Of a stretch of DNA of 64,000 nt, positions 59,950-64,000 are shown piece by piece. The notes beneath the pieces were generated by a model. It was not told where the DNA came from and ran no database searches. It was given only the letters and a program-made list of their open reading frames with translations. The translations under genes were made by a program, and so were the position numbers. Position 1 is the stretch's first letter, and every line of letters begins with the position of its first letter. This stretch comes from the human T2T-CHM13v2.0 reference genome, Homo sapiens, in NCBI RefSeq assembly GCF_009914755.1, contig NC_060937.1, one strand, 5' to 3'.

Positions 59950-61200
59950 ATGGTTCTTTTCAGTATAACAGTGAAGCATACTGATTCTCAATAACATCAA
60001 AAATGTAGAAAACCTAATGGTGAAAATTAAAAGCAACAATAAGCCAACCACATCATACTTTTAATTTTGATTTATGTATTTCTATTGTATTTTCCTACCT
60101 GTATAGATTTAACCCAACAAGCTAGAGATTAAAAAAAACATAATAATCCAATATAATTAAATGTTCAGGAATTATTTTAAAAACTTAATGAAACAAAAAT
60201 TCATCCCCAAAACTATTTACTTGAAAAAAACTAACAAATAAACAATAAATTATTTTTCAAATATAAACAAGACAGAAATAAAGGAGATGCTATTACTATG
60301 AGGAAAGAGAAAAACTATACAACTAAAGATAAACAAAATATATGAAACATTATATAAAATATTAAAATTTTATTAATATGTATTTGAAAATTTGATAGAA
60401 AATATTATATAGAAAGATATATTTGATAACATTCTATAAAATTAATGCATATGTGTATAGAACTTACAAGGCAAAGAAATTTGTATGTATGAGATCTGTT
60501 AAATCTACAATTAATGGATAATTTTGGGTATTTTTTTTACCACTTCATAACCTCATGTAAGTTTTGAGTTTTTTTTTTTTTTTATTTTTCTCTATGTTCT
60601 GGCACTGTTTAAAATCCAGAAGTGGGAAATAGGGAGTTACTGCTAACTGGTAAAAGGTTTCTTTTTCAAGATTATAAAAATCTTATAAAATTAGATTATG
60701 GTGGTATTTGCACAACTGTATTAATATATTAAAAATCATGAAATTGTGCACTAAACATGTGAAAATCATGGAATGTAAATTGTATCCCAGTAAAACTGTA
60801 AGAAGATACATACACATTATCTGTTTCTACCAAATTCTCACTATGAACATATGTGTAAATACTAGATAATACTACCAAATCAACAGCAGCAATTTATTGA
60901 TAGAATAAGACATCCTGATTAAATAGGGTTTATCTCAGGAAAGCAAGCAATGATGGACTTTAGAAATCCTCGTTGAAATATACTTAAAATAATATTTAAA
61001 TGTTAGTCTGAAAGATACCTAAAATTACTTAGCAAAAGTCAAATGTCCATTCATTATTTGGTAAGGAAACATTTAGCTCAATTTAGAATAAAAGGAAATG
61101 ACTTAATCTTATAAACATATGCAACAAAAACCTACTTAATTAAAAACAGAACAAATTTTAATAAAGTCAGAAATGAAGAAATGATTTACCTTACAATTGA
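59950..61200 (+). mobile_element. Very old L1M ORF2 remnants
   Basis: AAAGGAGATGCTATTACT, TTTGAAAATTTGATAGAAA, AAATAGGGTTTATCTCAGGAAAGCAAG. Confidence 0.5.
60615..60800 (+). mobile_element. L1MB-like 3' end
   Basis: GGGAGTTACTGCTAACTGGTAAAAGGTTTCTTTT...AAATTAGATTATGGTGGT...TGCACAAC...TGTAAATTGTATCCCAGTAAAACTGT. Confidence 0.75.
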
Positions 61201-63329
61201 AAATGTCCTCTGTTTATACAAATACAATTATATAAATATATAATATAAGATAAAGTAAATGCATGTAATTTATTTTCAATTTTAATTTAAAATTAGACAT
61301 ATAAGAATATGGGCTTTTAGGATGAAAACACATATTGAATAAAACATAAACAATATATGAATATATAAATTTATACATTAATACAGTAGATATATTTAAT
61401 AAATATGTTTAAAATATATATTACATATATATTCCCTAACTAGCAAAATACATCTGCTACAGGGGTTGCATTCTTGATTTAGTGAAATCTGTTAGAGTAA
61501 TATATTAGAGTGCAGCCAAGAAGAAGGAGAGTATTAACTCTGTAACATTATAAGTAGGAAATGTATTTCATATACAAGTGTATACTATAGGGGAGAACAT
61601 GAAGAATAATATAAGTAATCTTCCTGGGCTGTGGCTGAATCACTTTCAGTAACTTTATTTGATTTTATTCATGAATAGATATTTTTATACTCCCCTTTAT
61701 TTCCTGTAAATTGAGTATTTGGAATTTATATGGGGCAATAAATAATATGATTGGGTTTCTGTTTTGTTTTTGTTTTGTAATGGTGGTAAAATATCTCCTG
61801 CTTTTGCTTTTTACAAGTATTCCAGGAAGATTGTAATGAATCTACATTCATGCCATCACCCTGTAAAACAATGTATACATCTGCCAACTTATTTAACAAA
61901 ATTTGTGTGATCTAGTTTTAACTTTATTTTAATTGCAGGAGACTAAACATTTAGAAATAGTTTATTAATAGTTCAGGTATCTGAATAGTCTGGACTTTCA
62001 AAAACATTTTTCTACTAGAGTACTAGTCTTTTCTATATATATTATTTTTATGTTTGTTGACATTTTCTCTTTTTTAAAGTGTTATTTTGGAAAAAGTCTT
62101 CGATGAGATATTTATTAATATCCATGATGTGACAGGCTGTATGTAGAGACCCAAGGTACGCAGTTGCAATCTTCAGTGAACTTACAGAATGTCAGTTAAT
62201 GCAGACATGAAAACACCCAGTCTCAATATAAATGTGATAGGTGCTCTTTCTTAACAAGCAAAAGATGCCAGAGAGCAAAGACAAGTGTTCAACCCCTTTT
62301 TTTAATGTAGTAATTTTTTCCTTTTTTTCTAAAATTACCTTTTTAGAAAGCCATTGCCCATCCAGAGAGCAATTAAATTTGTACTAACCTTTTGTTGTAG
62401 ATCATCATATGTTCTTAAAACGGTGTTAATCATCTTTCATTGTATTTCACTGTGGTCTGAAATGTCACCTGTACAATTTCTGCTCTTTTGAATGTGCTGA
62501 GATAGTCTATGTATTATAGTCTGGTATGTAAGTGTTCTTTAAAAAGTATTCCCCTATAAACAGGAGAGGAAAAGAGTTTCTCATTGCCAGCTCTAAAACA
62601 AGAGAGAAGGAAAGGAGAGACACAGGGAATGTTTTAATCTTTGCAATAGTCATCAGAGATCAGATAACAGGATTGACTATGCTTGATATTCATTTTTTTT
62701 GGTCTTAGCACGATTTTAGGATCTCTGAGAGAAAAAAAAAAGGGACGGGGGAGATCTTGTGGAGGGATATAGCGCTATTCTAGCCCCTTTTGATGGACCG
62801 AGTCTGTCTTTTTTGTCATGTAAGTCTAAATAGATGACCAATTGTTTCTCTCAATCCAGCTTGATCAGTGATAGCATCAACATTTTTGCACATTTTTAAA
62901 AATTTGTGTTTCTGTCTTACCATGTTGATGTGGTTAAAGTTGGATTTTTTAAAAAGCTACGTAGATTCTTTAGTAGGAGTTTGGGAGGAGCACTGGTAAG
63001 CCTTTTTATAAGATCAAACTTTGTATAACAAGCCCAAAAGCACATTATAAAAAGTAAATTAGATAATACTTTACCCCTAATTGGAATCTCATTGTCTTAA
63101 AATAAAACATAAACACCTTGTGTAGCATAGAAATTCATTTTAAAGCCCCTGGCATATTTTCAAACACATTTTAAAACTTTTTCATGAATTGCAGTCTATC
63201 CTCAAACCCAGATAATTATTTTAAGTTGCTAAAAACTCTATGTTTTCCTCATCCTTCAGTCAAATTTAACATTTATTGAACATCTACTCTGTATCAGAGA
63301 CAAGTACCATATAAGGGGCTAGTCATATA

Positions 63330-63575
63330 CAGGTGGATAAGTCAGAGTTCTGAATGCCTACTTCCACTAATGATTGTAAATTGGCTCAGGAATCAACTCC
63401 CCTGGCAAGCCTGCACAGAGTCACCCTCAATCAGCACTTAGGCTTACCTGGATTATGGCAGTCATCACATGATACTGCAACTGCTTGTTTGCTCTCAGAG
63501 AGCTGGGACTCTGCATCTCCAGAGTCTGGAACAGTACCTGGAATATCAGAAAATGTTCCTTGACATTTAATCAAG
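63330..63575 (+). mobile_element. Degenerate MIR/L2 fragments
   Basis: AGTTCTGAATGCCTACTTCCACTAA (MIR-like) and CATCTCCAGAGTCTGGAACAGTACCTGGAATATCAG (L2 3'-like). Confidence 0.45.
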
Positions 63576-64000
63576 ACTGTATTTGAGAAATTAAATTACA
63601 TTCTATATCCAGATAAAAAGGAAATGATAAATATAAAGACTTTGGAGTTCATGAGAGCAACAAGATGGGATCCGAGGTACTAAAAGAAGATTTATTTACA
63701 TCATCAATAAAACAGGTAACTGGAAAATCAAAAGAAGATTAACACTGGCAATGGAAATATTAGATAAAAGATAACTGCTATTTAGACATCTGTGGCATAA
63801 TTGATAGTAAATCAAGCATACAGGACTTCAGGAAAGCTGATAAGGATAATTCTTTCAATTAAAGGAAGCTATACTTCCATATAGACTTGGACTATAAATG
63901 CAATACATAAATTGCAATGATTATCTCAATGTTCTTCATTCTTTAAAGTTAATTTATGCATTTTCTAATAAAAGAAACTAACATATGCAAGTGACATATC

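Overview
AT-rich, repeat-dense primate (most likely human/hominoid: AluY, L1PA4 and L1PA5 are present) intronic or intergenic DNA. I can support no intact host protein-coding gene, RNA gene or CRISPR array. Most long ORFs in the track are broken LINE-1 ORF1/ORF2 or Tigger transposase remnants, or translations of simple repeats. Contents: a near full-length L1PA5-like element (22176-28229), an ancient ~6 kb L1M (about 5370-11575), a twin-primed inverted L1PA4-like insert, an L1PA7-like 3' fragment, four solo LTRs (MER50, LTR22/HML-5, LTR47/26-like, MLT1J-like), four Alus, Tigger/MER2 DNA transposon relics and many L2/MIR fossils. The most notable signal is a perfect 19-bp TSD bracketing the L1PA5 plus 133 bp of non-L1 sequence at its 5' end, while the L1 lacks its YY1 site, i.e. 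a probable rare 5' transduction. Other oddities are a tail-less, TSD-less internal L1 fragment inside MER50, a minisatellite born inside an L1, snap-back repair scars, a Tigger1/MER2 fusion, a candidate minus-strand microexon and a CpG-retaining candidate enhancer cluster. I found no convincing wholly new biological system. Subfamily names come from recalled consensus sequences and need RepeatMasker/Dfam confirmation.
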